Assembly: GCF_009834535.1 (NCBI RefSeq)
Contig: NC_045707.1
Location: forward strand, 59,026,001-59,090,000
Reading direction: 5' to 3'
Source: Camelus ferus
Lineage: Eukaryota
DNA length: 64,000 bases
Shown here: positions 39,331-52,980 of the stretch, one piece after another
Layout: every line of letters starts with the position of its first letter
How positions within the stretch are numbered: the stretch's first letter is position 1
Translations under genes and position numbers: made by a program
The notes under the pieces: model-generated
Told to the model about the DNA's origin: nothing
The model's input: only the letters and a program-made list of their open reading frames with translations
The model's database searches: none

Positions 39331-40880
39331 TATCACTCCTTTGTTCATCCATTCATTAATGGGCACTTAGGTTGCTTCCACATCTTGGCCATTGTAAATA
39401 ATGCTGCAAGGAACACTGGAGTACATAAATAATTTCAAATTAATGGTTTTGTTTTCTTCAGGTAAACACCCAGAAGTGAAAATTCTGGATCATACAATCG
39501 TTCTATTTTTAATTTGTTGAGGACTCTCCATACCGTTTCCATGGTGGCTTCACCAATACATTCCCACCAACAGCACTCAAGGATCCCTTTTTCTCAACAT
39601 CCCCACCAACACCTGTTATTTGCTATCTTTTTTATAACTGCCATTCTGACATGTGTGAGGTGTTATCTCATTGGGGTCTTAATTTGCATTTCCCTGATGA
39701 TGAGGGATGGTGAGCATCTTTTCATGTGTCTGTTGGCCACCTGTATGTCTTCACTGGGAAAATATTTACTCAAGTCCTCTGCCCATTTTAAAATTGAGTT
39801 GTTTGTTTGATGGTGAGAAGTATGAGCTCCCTGTATATTTTGTATATTAACCACTCATCAGATATATCCCTTGTCAATGTCTTCTCTCATGCAGCAGGCA
39901 GCCATTGTGTTTTGTTGTGGTTTTTCTGCTGTGCAAAAGTTTTATAGTCTTGCTTATTTTTTCTTTTGTTTCCCTTGCCTGAGGAGACTGATTCAAAAAA
40001 CAATTGCTAAGACTAATGTCAAAGAGCATACTGTCTGTTTTATTCTAGGAGTTTTATGGTTTCAGGTCTTAAAGTGTTTAATCCATTTTGAATTTTTTTT
40101 CTACACAGTGTGAGGAAGAAGTCCAGTTTGATTCTTTGCATGTAGCTATCCCAATATCATTTATTGAAGAGGCTATCTTTTCCCCATCATATATTATTGC
40201 CCCCTTTTGGATTGACTGACCACATAAGTGTAGGTTTAGCTCTGGTCTCTCTATTCTGTTCCACTAATCTATGTGTCTGTTTTTTGGTGCCGATACTGTT
40301 CTAGATACTGTAGCTTTGTAGCATGGCTTGAAATTAGGGAGCATGTTACTTCCAAGTTTATTCTTCTTTCTCAAGATTGCTTTGGCTATTTGGGGTCTTT
40401 TGTGTTTCCTTACAAATTTTAGAATTATTTGCTCTAGTTCTAAGAAAAATGCCATTGGTATTTTGATAGGGACTACACTGTATCTGTAGCTTGCCATAGG
40501 TAGTATGGTCATTTCAATAATATTAATTCTTCCAAACTATGAACATATTATATCATTCTATTTGTGTTGTCTGCAATTTATTTCATCAATGTCTTGTAGA
40601 TTTCAGGGTACAAATCTTGATTAGGTTTATTCCTATTTTTTAAAAAAAATTCTTCTTGATGCAGCATATATATGGATCTTGATTTTTTTTATACATTCAG
40701 CCACTCTATGTCTCTTGATTAGAACATCTAGTCCATTCACATTCAAAGTAATTATTAACAGGCATGTCCTTATTGCCATTTTGTTAATTGTTTTCTGGTT
40801 CTTGTAGTTCTTTTTGGTTCTTTTCTTCTTTTGTTCTCTTCCCTTGTGATTTGATAAGTATCTTTAGTGTCATGTTTGGA

Positions 40881-40886
<6 letters not shown>

Positions 40887-40976
<90 letters not shown>

Positions 40977-40985
40977 TGTGTGTGT
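40887..40985. repeat. Compound (TC)~36(TG)~13 microsatellite
   Basis: Read directly; explains the SLSLSL/CVCV ORF. Confidence 0.97.
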
Positions 40986-41904
40986 ATCTATTATAGGTTT
41001 TTGTTTGTGGTTACTATGAAGTTCAAAGAAAACAACCTAGTTATATATGAGAATATTTCAAGTTGATGACCTCTTACGTTTGAATGCAACCTAACATCTC
41101 TGCATTTTATCCTGCACCCTGTCCCACGTTTAAAGTTTCTGGCGTCATATTTTACATCTTTTTTTGTATGTGTATCCCTTAACTACTTACTGTGGCTATA
41201 GATGATGTCACTACTTTTGTCTCTTAACCTTCTGACTAGCTTCTCACTGTATGTTTGCCTTTCCAATCAGATTTTCCCTTTCATAATTTTCACATTTCTA
41301 CTTGTTGCTTTTTCCTTTTCCTCTTAGAAAAATCCCTTTAACATTTCTCGTAAAACCAGCTTAGTGTTGCTGAACTCTTTTAGTTTTTGCTTGTCTATAA
41401 AAAAACTCTTTCTCCTTCATCTGAATGATATTCTTGTTGGGTAGAGTATTCTTGTTTGCAGTTTCTTTCTTTTCATTACTTTGAATATACTGCGCCACTC
41501 CCTTCTGGCCTGCAAAGTTTCTGCTGAAAAGTCTGCTCATGTTCTTATGAGATTTCCCTTGTGTGTAACTAGTTTCTTTTCTCTTTTTATCTTTCAGCTT
41601 TTTAAGATTCTCTCCTTATATTTATTGTTTTCATTTTAATTATAATGTGTCTTGGGTGTGAACCTCTTGGGGTGCATCTTGTTTAGGACTCTCTGTGCTT
41701 CCTGGACCTGGAATTATGTTTTCATTCCCAGGTAAGGTAAGTTTTCAGCTTATTTTTTCAAATAAATTCTCTGCTTCTTTCTCTCTCTCTTCTCTTCCTT
41801 GGGCCCCTATACTGTAAAAGTTAGCATCCTTGACGTTGCCCCAGAGGTTTCCTAACCCATCCTTACTAAGTAGTGATGAACTTGGGTAATAAGCTAAGAC
41901 TTCC

Positions 41905-42420
41905 TGGCAGCCTGCTGAAGATGCAGCCTGGCTCTCCTTGCTGCCTACAGTAAATGTGAAAGGAAACAGGTATATTTAAAACGGAACTGTTAAGCAAAGA
42001 GGAATCAGAACTTGATGACTTGGAAAATCCTCAGCCCTATCCAGACAGTTTGATGCGAGACAGGGCCAAAGTATGACTGTACACATTTCTGCTGGAAAGA
42101 TTAGACATGAGATTCATGGATCCAAGCAACTACTTAAGCAGAAATACTGCGAGCTTGGACTGAACGGGGCAGAGATGGGATGAGATAAAAAAGGCTTTTG
42201 AAATTCTGCAACTCCATAGGCAGGATATGGGCCAATAGAGCCATTCAGCTGTGAATATCTGTTATCCTTCAAGAAAAGGAAAGAATAAATGTGGCGCAGA
42301 GGTCTGAAGGGCTGCTCCTGTCAATATGGACGCAGAGAGCACAGGTCCAGGGTGCCAGACTACTCTCCCTATTAGAGAGGATAGAGCTGTCACCGAGGAA
42401 TCAGAGGAAAGGACCAACTC
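41905..42420 (+). mobile_element. MaLR internal sequence (MLT1-int-like) without flanking LTRs
   Basis: 'gcagcctggctctccttgctgcctacagtaaatg...ggaactgttaagcaaagaggaatcagaacttgatgacttggaaaatcctcagcc' resembles MaLR-int. Confidence 0.65.
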
Positions 42421-42444
42421 TCAAAGTTCAACTGAAAAACAGAC

Positions 42445-43250
42445 ACAGCATTTGAATAGAGATACCACCTAAGAAGATATATGGATGGCATGTATAGACA
42501 TAGGAAGACTGTCAACATTATTTGTTGTTAGGGAATTGAAAATCAAAACCACAATGAGATTCATGAGATTTACTAAGACAAGCTTCGTAGCATAGGTGAA
42601 ACTGAAAATATTGATCACACCAAAAAGATGGTGAGGATGTGAATGAAATGGGAATTCATAAAGTGTTTATGGGAATAAAAATTGCTGGAATCACTATGAA
42701 AAGCCATTTGGCAAATTTCATTTTAAAAGTTGTACATAACACCATATGATTCAGCCCTTCCATTTCTAGGTATTTACATGAATATTCATAATAGTTTTAT
42801 TTGCAAAAGTCCAAAATGAAAACAACCCAGATGTCTACCAGTAGATGAATAACAGATAAATAAGTTGTAGTATGGTCATATAATTGAAAATTACTCAGCA
42901 ATAAAAAAGAATCAACTGTGTATGATCCATAATAGGGCTTGGATTAATCTCAGAATAGGTATGCTGAGAGAAAGAAAGCAGACGAAGGGCACACATCTCT
43001 ATAATTCCATTTATATAAACCAGATAAAATGAGAACTACAGTACCAGAAAGGAGATGGGTTACTTTGAGATGGGTAGCAGTGGGCAAGGACTATAAATGT
43101 TTAAGAGAAAAATAAATTGAGGGTAATGGATTTGTCTTTGTCTTGGCTATAGTGATAGCTTTATGGATATACATAAATATCAAAATGTATCAGCCTATGC
43201 ACTTTAGATATATGTGGTGTATTGATCTGTTATATTTTTAATAGCTTTAT
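42445..43250 (+). mobile_element. Old L1 (L1MC/L1ME-type) 3' end
   Basis: 'aatcaaaaccacaatgagat', 'tactcagcaataaaaaagaa', 'tatgctgagagaaagaaagcagac...ataattccatttatataaa'. Confidence 0.8.
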
Positions 43251-43615
43251 TGAGTATATCATGTTAATTTCCCTATTTTATTAAAATTTTTCCAAACATC
43301 TTGCATAATATATGACCATATGCATAAATTATAATTTATATAACTATATTTATATAACTCCTAGCTATTTAAAAAGTATTCTATTTAATATTTTATATTT
43401 TTTATAAATATAATGGAAAAATATACAAAGGAGGTTGCTTTTCATATTTAGAGAATCTAGTGGTTGTTTTACTATGGATATAGGAAAAATACCTATATAT
43501 TTTTGGGTGGAGTCCTTTCTTTTTCCTCAATAGTTTTTAAAAATCTTTGTTGGTGCTGGCTAAAAGTAAAGCATCATGAAACAGATGTCTGAGAAACATC
43601 TGTCAGTCAGTTACG

Positions 43616-44040
43616 TGGGACAGACACTGCTAGTGCAATCTCAGATCTGTGTTCTAGCTTCCTTCCTGGCATACTTAGAACTATATTCCTAAATGTTCCT
43701 CAACTTTCAGGTGAGGCCACATGATTAGGTTTTGTGGGCAAAGGGCTGCCACAAGCGCTGTAAGCCATCTTCAGGTGTGTTCCATATACCTCTTCTGATG
43801 TGATCCTCCACGCTCTTTCCTAGTTTGCTACCTGGATATAATGTACCTACTGGAGGACGCAAAAGCCTCAGAGGATTATGTGGCCATAGACTCAAAGAGC
43901 CCAGGTCCCTAAATGACTTACGGAGCATAGCCTTTCCTCTCCCAACTAATCCACAAGAAAGAAAATACCACCTGATTGTATAAAGTCATTGAGATTTTGG
44001 AATAGTGTGCTATAGCAGTTAGCATACGGTGACTAAAGAG
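43616..44040 (+). mobile_element. MLT1 (I/J-like) MaLR LTR
   Basis: 'cagacactgctagtg...gagcccaggtccctaaatgacttacggagca...taaagtcattgagattttgg'. Confidence 0.65.
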
Positions 44041-45000
44041 ACCTCTGTTGTGTGTATCAAATATAAAATCAGCATATAAATATATTTTTAAATGGATGAG
44101 GTTAGTCCTAAAGAGAATTACACAGCCAGTGTAAAACAAATGAAATGAATTTTGATTCTCTTTTTCACCATTTCGGTTATTTTCTGCTTCCTCCTATTTC
44201 AGTGCTATGGGAAGGTAAGAAGTGCACGTGGGTAGGTAGGAGGATAAGGGTGATACAAATACATGCAATAAGAAACAATGCTGATTTTACAGATGTCGGG
44301 GAATCAATAGTTCAAAATTACTTGCAAATCAGGAATAAACAGAAGGGGCACAGTTTTTGAGATGATCTAAGTAAGAGATCAGACATATGTTTAAAGTTAT
44401 TCAAGTGTTGATTTTCTGTAATTTAAGTTTTGATCGTTTTATTGAGCTGCGAAGAATTCATTTGTTTTTTATTACCCATGAAAAATACTAATCTCTAGTA
44501 ACTTCTACAAAATTCTGGTAACTGCCCTTTCAAAACGACTGTGACATTCTCAGATACACACTGTCACTTTTGCATTCCTCGTAACTTGGTTGTTCTTTCT
44601 CACTCTTCACAAGAATACAGTTTAAATGTTGAGTCCTTGATATTTGTAGCTTGTTTTTCCTAGTTGGTATCACTGCGTAAGTCTCCAGTGCCCATATGGA
44701 GGTAATGTGTTACCCTGAAGGTTATCTGTCAGGCGCATGTGCTCCCGTAGTGACACAACCTGACCAACTTAGGTCTTTTAATTTCCTGAATACCTAAATA
44801 GGCAACACAAAAGAGGTTGAAATATGGTTCAGGATTTCTCCAGAGAATTCCAATCCAGAAATCGGTCAGGTACTCATAAGAATAACCCTGGTATCTTACA
44901 AAGGACAATAGATCTTCCGTTAAATTTAAGTTGGAGGCTTACTCTGCCATTTACTTGCATGTAAACTTGGAACAAGTTTCTTATACAGGCCTCCTCAGTT

Positions 45001-45523
45001 TTCTTTTCTTTTTTTAAATTGAAGTATAGTCAATTATAATGTGTCAATTTCTGGTACACAGCATAGTGTTTCAGTCATACATATACATACATATATTCGT
45101 TTTCATATTCTTCTTAAAGGTTACTACAAGATAGTGAATATATTTCCCTGTGCTATAAAGAAGAACCTGTTTTTTTAATCTATTTTATATATAGTAGTTA
45201 ATATTAGCAATTCTTGAACTCTCAGTTTACCTCTACCCATTCCCTTCCCCACCCAGAACCAGAGGTTTGTTTACTATGTCCATGAGTCTGTTTGTTTCCC
45301 TTTTGTAGATAAGTTCGTTAGTCTCCCCCCACCTCCTTTTTTTTTTAGATTCCACACATGAGTAATATCATATGGTATTTTTCTTTCTCTTTCTGGCTTA
45401 CGTCACTGACAATTACAGTCTCTAGATCAATCCATGTTGCTGCAAATGGCATTATTTTACTCTTTTTATGGCTGAGTAGTATTCCATTGTATAAATATAC
45501 CACATCTTTATCCAGTCATCTGC
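45001..45523 (-). mobile_element. Lineage-specific L1 3' end, adjacent to a MIR fragment (44935-45003)
   Basis: 'ttgaagtatagtcaattataatgtgtcaatttctggtacacagca...tagattccacacatgag...ctttatccagtcatctg'. Confidence 0.92.
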
Positions 45524-46394
45524 CAATCTTTCCAATCTTTAAATTTTTGCTGATAAATTACAGAGAGGTTCTGAAACTCAAGTAGAGTAACAGATTTACA
45601 CATTTTTTAATAAAACTGTTTTATGAATATAAGATATGCAGGACAAGTACTAGGATTTCAGAAGAGATTCCATTGCCCTTTTGCAGACGTGGAAGAAGCC
45701 CTCTAGAAACTCCTTCTCTCTAGTAGCCAAGGGTCTTCCAGATCAGAGATACTGGAACAGGCTGGGACTCATCCAGTCAGACCCAATTTGGGCCCCAAGC
45801 ATCACCATCAGGAACTGAGTCAGAACTAGCATCATGTGGTAGAATCTGCCCCACTGATACGCTTGCTTTGATGTGTATAATTTTATATATATACTTAATA
45901 ACATTGAATTTGGAATGTTTATATGAAAATTATTACAGTATTAAATTAAACTGTGCTAAATTAAATTTGAATGCCTTTGCTATGTTAGGCATATGATCCT
46001 TCCTGTTCAGAATCCCAGTTATTAAATGCAGCCAACTTCACATATCCTCATTACCTGATTGGCCCCTGGACATATGTGGGTTTGTTGTTCCTGATAGAGT
46101 TACCACCCCTGCACTACACAACTCAATTGCAGTCAGCCCAATGCTTTCAACGAACATGAATATTTTAGTGGAATTAGGAGATGAGGACTGAAGGAGGAAA
46201 ACAGTCTGGAGTATTTTCACTACAGGCAATACTTGTCCATTGCTTCAGATTGCAAAGGGGAACTTTTTTTTTAAATACTTAAAATAATAGTTATGCATGG
46301 ATATTTAAATCCTTATTGTCAAAATAGCAATAAGCAAAGAGTTTGTGGTTGAGTTGCTTTATGTATGTATTTGCTTGCATATTTGTAGAGTTTA

Positions 46395-46915
46395 TATTGA
46401 TATTGCCTATTTGAAGGGTAATTTGTCAATAACTAACAAAATTTGAGGTGCGTATATCCCATGACTAAAAGGAAGTTATTTCACAAAATTATTCACACCT
46501 GTGAACAAAGATGTTTGTATAAGATTGGGCAATGTATCTTCATGACTAAATACAAAAAAAAAAAAACAACTGAATATTACTTAAGCGTCCTTTAGTAGTA
46601 GTATGGTAGAAATAATCATTGAACATCGCATTACAGAACACTGTACACAGCTATCAAAAACACTGAGGTACATGTACTAATATCATGAATCTCCCAAAAT
46701 ACATTGTGAATGTTAGAATAAATTCTAGTATATTAATAATACTGGATTATTAACAATAATAAATGAATATATATAGTGTATAAAAATATCTAAAAATATA
46801 CATGAGATATCATAGTAATTTCCTACTCACTTTTTACTACATACTTTATACTTTTTGTTTGAATTTTTCACAGTAAGTATTATGTTAACCTGTAATTTAA
46901 ATAATAAAGTCTCTA
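46395..46915 (+). mobile_element. Degraded L1ME-type fragment
   Basis: 'ttgaagggtaatttgtcaata...tatatcccatgac...gtgaacaaagatgtttgtataaga'. Confidence 0.55.
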
Positions 46916-47319
46916 AAACAGAAGAACAGAGAATGTAATTATTTCACAATGAATTATTGACTTTTAACCTATTTAATCCATTTAATTCTAATACCTTTAT
47001 ATATGCACTGAGGAACTACTAAGTCTAAGAAACTGAATAGAGAGTGATAAACAAGTCAAACATGGCTGTTTCATGGATTTGAATCCCAATGCTTATTCTT
47101 GAATTCAGATTTCTCTTCCCTGCAAAGAACTGAAATGTAGATTTGATAACTTCTGCTTCCTATTATCTCATTAATTTCTAATACTATCATTAAACAAAAC
47201 AGTGTGTTGAAATTTCTATGAGTACTTCCCAGATTTTCTTTAAACCGTTCCAAATAAAGATTTCCTCAAAATACACCATTGGCTTCTAATCCTATTTAGT
47301 CTCTCCTTTCTCAGTCACC

Positions 47320-47760
47320 ATGATTCAAATGCCCCCATACATTTATCTCTAACCCTTATTTCATGTGAAAGTCAGGCTTGCCTGTCCAACTATTTATTAT
47401 TAAACATCTAAAATGTATCTGTCACCTCAAACACATGTTCAAAACTAAAATTTTCATCTTCAAAATATTCCTTCAGTCTTCCTTATATAGGTATGTGCTT
47501 TACATCATCAAATTCCCAGACCCCTAGTTCAAAACTAGGAACCATCCTTGGTCTCTTCCTTGACTCTAATAGCCTATCAGTTCTCAAATCCTCTCAGTTC
47601 CACTTCTGAGATACATAGCGGTCACAGCCTCTCCCTGTTGCCAATGTCACCACCTTAGTCAAGGCTCAGTTATGTTCACCACTGGTCCCTTGCAACCCCT
47701 TAAAATCATTTTTCCAATGACCAGTTTTTCCCCATTCACTTCATCTTGTCCATATATGAT
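47320..47760 (+). mobile_element. L2 fragment
   Basis: 'atttatctctaaccc...tcacctcaaacacatgttcaaaactaaa...caccaccttagtcaaggc'. Confidence 0.65.
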
Positions 47761-49944
47761 GTCCAATAATTAAAAATGAAAACTCTTAGTAAGCAACTGT
47801 TTTTGCAGGGCTACGCTTAGATATTGAATAATTAAGGCAAATCAGTCATAAGCCCTACCCTTTCAGAAATCTGATTTTGTTCATTCCGTTTCTCCAAAAT
47901 ATTAAAGACTTAACTGATTTCTCCCGAAGTAGTTTCAATTCTTTTTCCAAGGCCCCTTCATGCAGCCATGGAGGTTTTTTTGCCCTTTAAATGATCTTTA
48001 TTTTTAAATCTAATGTGAAAATATGAGGTAGAAAGGGCAAATCAAATCTACTACAAGAAAGATAAACAGGCTTCCAGGAACACCATGGACAGATCTCCCC
48101 ACTCCCTCCAAACTCTCTCACTTCCACGTCCCCTGACAAAACACAGCTGGGCCCAGCCTCACTCTCAGCTGATCCCAGCTCAGCCCCACTGCCACGCTAA
48201 ACACCTCTTTGATGCTTCAGACCTAATGTCTGCTTTGGTTTTTATCCATGCATCTGCGGGAGAGAACACTTAGGAACACTCACCATCTCTTGAAGCCCAG
48301 ATAAGAAAAATTTCAATCTTAGGTTAAGGTCAGGCTCTTCCCTCAAGAAGAAACAACACCCCAGACACTGACCTGCAGAATCCTCCTCCAGTCACACTGA
48401 TCTACCAGCTTATAGCCTTTCATACTCCCTGCTTTCCTATTTTGCATCCTGCTGTTCCTAGTCCCTGCAGAGAAGTTTCATTTTCTTACCTGCAAGTTCA
48501 AGTCCTCAAACTCAGCTCAAGGTCTACCTGGCCACCAAATCTCCCCTGATTATTCAACCGAATATAGTACTTTTTCCCCTTGGCAATACTATCATTTTTG
48601 CTGGCACTTTTATATGGAACTTCCAATTTCACATTCTATTTTAGTTTTTTAAATACAAATCTTATTCTCCTTTTCCAGTATCAGCCACTTCATGGCAGGA
48701 TTCACATCTCCTTCTACGGATAGTAACTCCTTGCATGTACTTAATATGTTTAGAAAGTAAATGAACATAGTTTCCATTGGAAAATAAATTATACTTAAAT
48801 TGCTTATTGAAAGACAAAATAATCATCTTCCTCTTTAACATTGGTTTATCTTGAGTTTTACTTCCCTCCCAAGTAGGAATTGTGCTTAGTGACTGAAAAT
48901 TTCCCATCACTTCCTAAATTATCCAACCAACCCCATTACAATGATCAAAATCAAGACTTTCCTAATCCAAATTTTTGATGTATGGACTTTTGATCAAGTA
49001 ATATAAAGAATGAAATTAAACACTGACTACATTAGAATATAACAAGCATCTTCAAATGAATGCTTTTTGTTCACTTCTTAGATCTCTCTCATCTAGTATG
49101 AAAATTCGTAATAAAGAAATTTCACCAAAGAAACTCTCCACCCTCATATTTCAGGTCAGATATAAAAGAGATTTGCCTTCACTTTGCCTAATGTATAGCC
49201 AATGAAGAAAAGGAACATTTTGTTGCTACATCATACCATTAAAAGGCTTTGCCAAACTAGAAGTCTTGCTTTCTTGAAGCCTGATTTTAAATTCTGATCC
49301 ACCTTGCTGGTTCTAACTTGCAAGACAAATATATTTCCAGCAGAAAGCTTCAGCCTTGTCCCTCTTTCTGAGCACCTCTAATAAAGCAGGAGCTGTGAGA
49401 GAATTGTTTTTGTGCCTGCATTTCAGTATAACTGCTGGACATGTCCCGTTGTGTACAAGAGACTCCAGAAATCCACGTTGTTTTTGGAGCAGGTGACTCT
49501 ATTCTCCTGGACCTCTAGGAGGGAAGGTCACAATAAGAAAGAGGAGATTTCTTATATAAGCAACGCTTCTCAGACACCTGAAGATTTGAGGTCACCAAGG
49601 AGGTCTTGGTCAATTGTTTGGAAAGAAACAATACCTTTATCAACAAAAGGGAAATGAGGCAGAAAGATGAAGTTTTCCTGGCACTTGAATGAAATGTCAT
49701 AGCAAATAGCTTGGGAGGTAAACAAAGCTGGGATCGAGACCTGCATTTGTTGGACCACAAGTAAATTACAAAATCTCCAGAAATTTCCATTTCTTCATTT
49801 GCAGAATGGATATAATCATGTCACCTAAATAGAGTGTTATGACAATTAAATGTGATAATTCATACAAAATGCCTGGCATTTTTCTTGACACATTTCTCTA
49901 AAGCTATTAGCATTGTAAATAATTATAAGATAGAACAGAAGCTT

Positions 49945-50515
49945 CTGGCAGCAGACACTGACCACCTACCTAAACACTCGACTTCATGCTTTCCTAACAG
50001 ATTCTGAATTTTTATACATGTCTATCCTCTCCCACAACATCCATATGGCTAAGAGAACCTGACTTCACCCCTCAGCTCTACGAGTGGGTCTCATTTGTGT
50101 AAGAGTAATTCTAATCAACTAGTCGAATGCTGGCCAACGATACTAATCTCTCCTCAGAAATTAGCTGGAGGCTCCTGAGACTGATCTTTCTTGCTCTTAA
50201 GAGAGGTGTAGAAAGCCCCTCTTTTTACACCTCTGATATGATGTAAGCATGGAAGCATGGAACCTTGTGTGCTCCTGGCAGCCATTCTACCACCATGATG
50301 AGTCATTTGGGAAACAGGCTCAGGATGAAGCCAAGGTCAAAGCAGAAAGACAGAAAACACATTGTCCTTGATGATATTATGACATCACTGGATCAACAAG
50401 CCTTTCCCTACCACCAATCTTTTTGTGATATGAGTCAACACATTTCTTTATTGTTTAAACCACTTTGATTTTGGTTTTCTATTCATTCATTGCAGCAGGG
50501 TTCTTACTCATATAC
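49945..50515 (+). mobile_element. MLT1K-like MaLR LTR
   Basis: 'gcagcagacactg...ggcagccattctaccaccatgatg...tctttattgtttaaaccactttgattttggttttct'. Confidence 0.65.
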
Positions 50516-50934
50516 TCTGTGTAGAGAATGGAGAACTTTATTTTTAAGCAAATACAAAAACATAAATTCACTGATCATTTTAAACAATGTGTCCTCTTAA
50601 AACCATTTCCAATTTGAAGTCAGAAAGTAAGGGAAAGTTACCCTTAGTTTCTCTTGAAAATTACACTGTAAGGGGGAATCTGAAGGAAGGGCACAAGTTA
50701 ATTGCATGCCACTTTTTGAACAAATATCCCTAACAATTTCTCTGCCATCCCATAACCATTTACTGTTTATTCAGGTTTCTTAGAAGGCATTTGCTTGTGC
50801 AGTCCTAATATGGGAGGCACAAAACTTTCTAAACTCATCTACATTACTTTTCCTGACTTTTTCCACAAAAACAAAGAAGTGAAGAGCATTTCATCATGCT
50901 TCCAGAATAACCTCATCTCCCCCACAGCTTTAGT

Positions 50935-51460
50935 TATTATTCATGCTGATCATTCTCAAATGTTATCTCTAGCCTAGGCTTCTTTTGAATTCCAACACTA
51001 TACATTTAACTGCCTCCTGGAAGTTTTCACTTTCAATATGACAACATAAATCTAGTGCCCAAAAGTGGATATCACTTTTTTTTTCCTCCAAAATTTAATC
51101 TCTCTTTTGTTATCCCCCTGTTAATGAGTGCTACTGTTATTCATCCAGTCTGCCAAGTTATTCCATATTCCTTCCAGACTCTTCCTTGCCACCAGCTTCC
51201 AATGATGACCAAGTACTGTCAGTCATATCAGCCCATCATCTCTCGTGGTTATCTTCTTCGCTGCATTTCCACTGCTTCTACTTAAGTCAGGCTTTCATCG
51301 TTTTGCAGTTTATCTATCAAATTATGCTTCTAATTTGTCATCTTGCCTCTAATCTTTTTTTCTCTTGCCTTATCACCCACAGTGTTGCCAGAGCAACTTT
51401 TCATTCATCAAACCAGACGTCCTGCCATTTTCTGTATCCCACTGCCTGTTGAAAATCCCT
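50935..51460 (+). mobile_element. L2 fragment
   Basis: 'atgctgatcattctcaaatgttatctctagcctag...atttaactgcctcctgga...cacagtgttgccagagcaactttt'. Confidence 0.7.
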
Positions 51461-52482
51461 AAATAAAATAGGTTTTGAAAATGATCTATGCCTGGCGAAC
51501 TTTACAATTTCCCCTCTTACAGGCCCTTCCCTTACACCTTTCACACCCTTCTTTCTTAGGCCATTCTCTCTGATTAGGATCCTAAAATGCTCCCCATACT
51601 ATTTCACTTCCTACCTATTCTGATCAGGTCACAAGATCTGAGTACTCATCTAGCTGAGTGATGACACAGAAGAGGTGATCTATACTTGTTCAATAAATCA
51701 ATCACGAATAAACAATTTCCAAAATTTTTGGAACTGATCATAAAACCCATAGTTAACCAAAACTGAGAAAAAATTTTGAGTAGTGTTTATATATTAATAG
51801 CAAGAAAATAAACTAGTCTAAATTTCTTGCTTGAAAGGCATTCTAAAAGGAAATTTGCCTTTCATGAACACCAAAATCTTGACAACTCAGATATCTGATC
51901 TTAAGAATATATATTAGTTTTTCTCCTTGATATTTTATGCACAAAGGAATCAAAGAAACCAAAAGGAGTAGATGCGAACACCTAGACTAGAGTATGTAGT
52001 TTATTGTTTGTTGCCAGATCATTTCTTTTTCCTTCCATAAGGGATTTTTAAAAATCCCTTTTAAACTATGAACTCTAAAGACTAACTAAATGTGTGAAAG
52101 TAAATGAGAATTGATTTTTATAGAACACACTTCTGAGAGCCTAAATATCCAAATGATACTGATCTGTCAAAGTATGCAACTAGGTTACTTTGCTTAAAAC
52201 ATCTATGGAATTTCCCTTTAAAAATTATTTTCACAGATGAGATCTGAAGCACCAAAAGAGCCAGCATTATTACTCACTCCAGAAATACACTGATTTGATC
52301 AGATACCATTTGTTTTTCATTCATTGGACAGATACCCTGTATTAATCTACTCTGTGTCTCCCTGGGGATAAAATGGTGATCATGAAGGGCAGAAACTCAT
52401 GGTTCTGGATGTTTATCTTCTAATGATGCTTAAAATCTGCCTCATCTCTTCTGCTCCCTGAGTCCATTTTAAAAACACACAC

Positions 52483-52980
52483 AGTTATGTACACAATGGA
52501 ATACTACTCAGCCATAAAAAATAGTAAAATAATGCCATTTGTGGCAACATGGATGGACCTAGAGGTTTTCACACTAAGTTGAAGTCATACAGAGAAAGAT
52601 AAATATCACAATATCACTTATACGTGGGATCTAAAAAAGTGACACAAATGAAATTATTTACGAAGCAGAAACAGACCCACAAGACATAGAAAACAAACTT
52701 ATGTTTACCAAAGGGGGAAAGAGTGGGCGGGATAAATCAGGAGTTTGGGATTAGCAGCTACATCTACTATATATAAAATAGATAAATAGCAAGGTTCTAT
52801 GGTATAGCACAGGGAACTATATTCAATATTTTGTAATAACCTATAATGAAAAAGAATATGAAAAGGAATATATATATATATACGTGTAACTGAATCCCTA
52901 TGCTGTACACCAGAAATTAATGGAACATTGTAAATCAACTATACTTCAATAAACTTTTTTTAATTTTTAAAAATAAAAAT
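52483..52980 (+). mobile_element. Lineage-specific L1 3' end with TSD
   Basis: 'acaatggaatactactcagccataaaaaa' through the G-rich tract (52713-52731) to 'aactatacttcaataaa'. TSD aaacacacac at 52473 and 52981; tttt|aaaa target site. Confidence 0.93.

Larger units (their letters stand above)
39166..41850 (-). mobile_element. L1 with ORF1, inter-ORF region, ORF2 N-terminus and ORF2 C-terminal third; large internal ORF2 deletion and no 3'UTR
   Basis: Minus strand: ORF1 ADFSAETLQARREW (~41530-41490), ORF2 start IITLNVNGLD.LIKRHRVAE (~40755-40695), then post-RT ORF2 (PIKIPMAFFLELEQIILKF, ORF 40264..40512). Confidence 0.9.

Noticed and set aside
40788..41066. SL/CV-repeat ORF
   Set aside because: Produced by the (TC)n(TG)n microsatellite inside L1.
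49433..49500. Plus-strand exon-like unit (catttcAG ... CAG|GTGACT)
   Set aside because: Modest splice sites, unrecognised peptides and no compatible partner exon.
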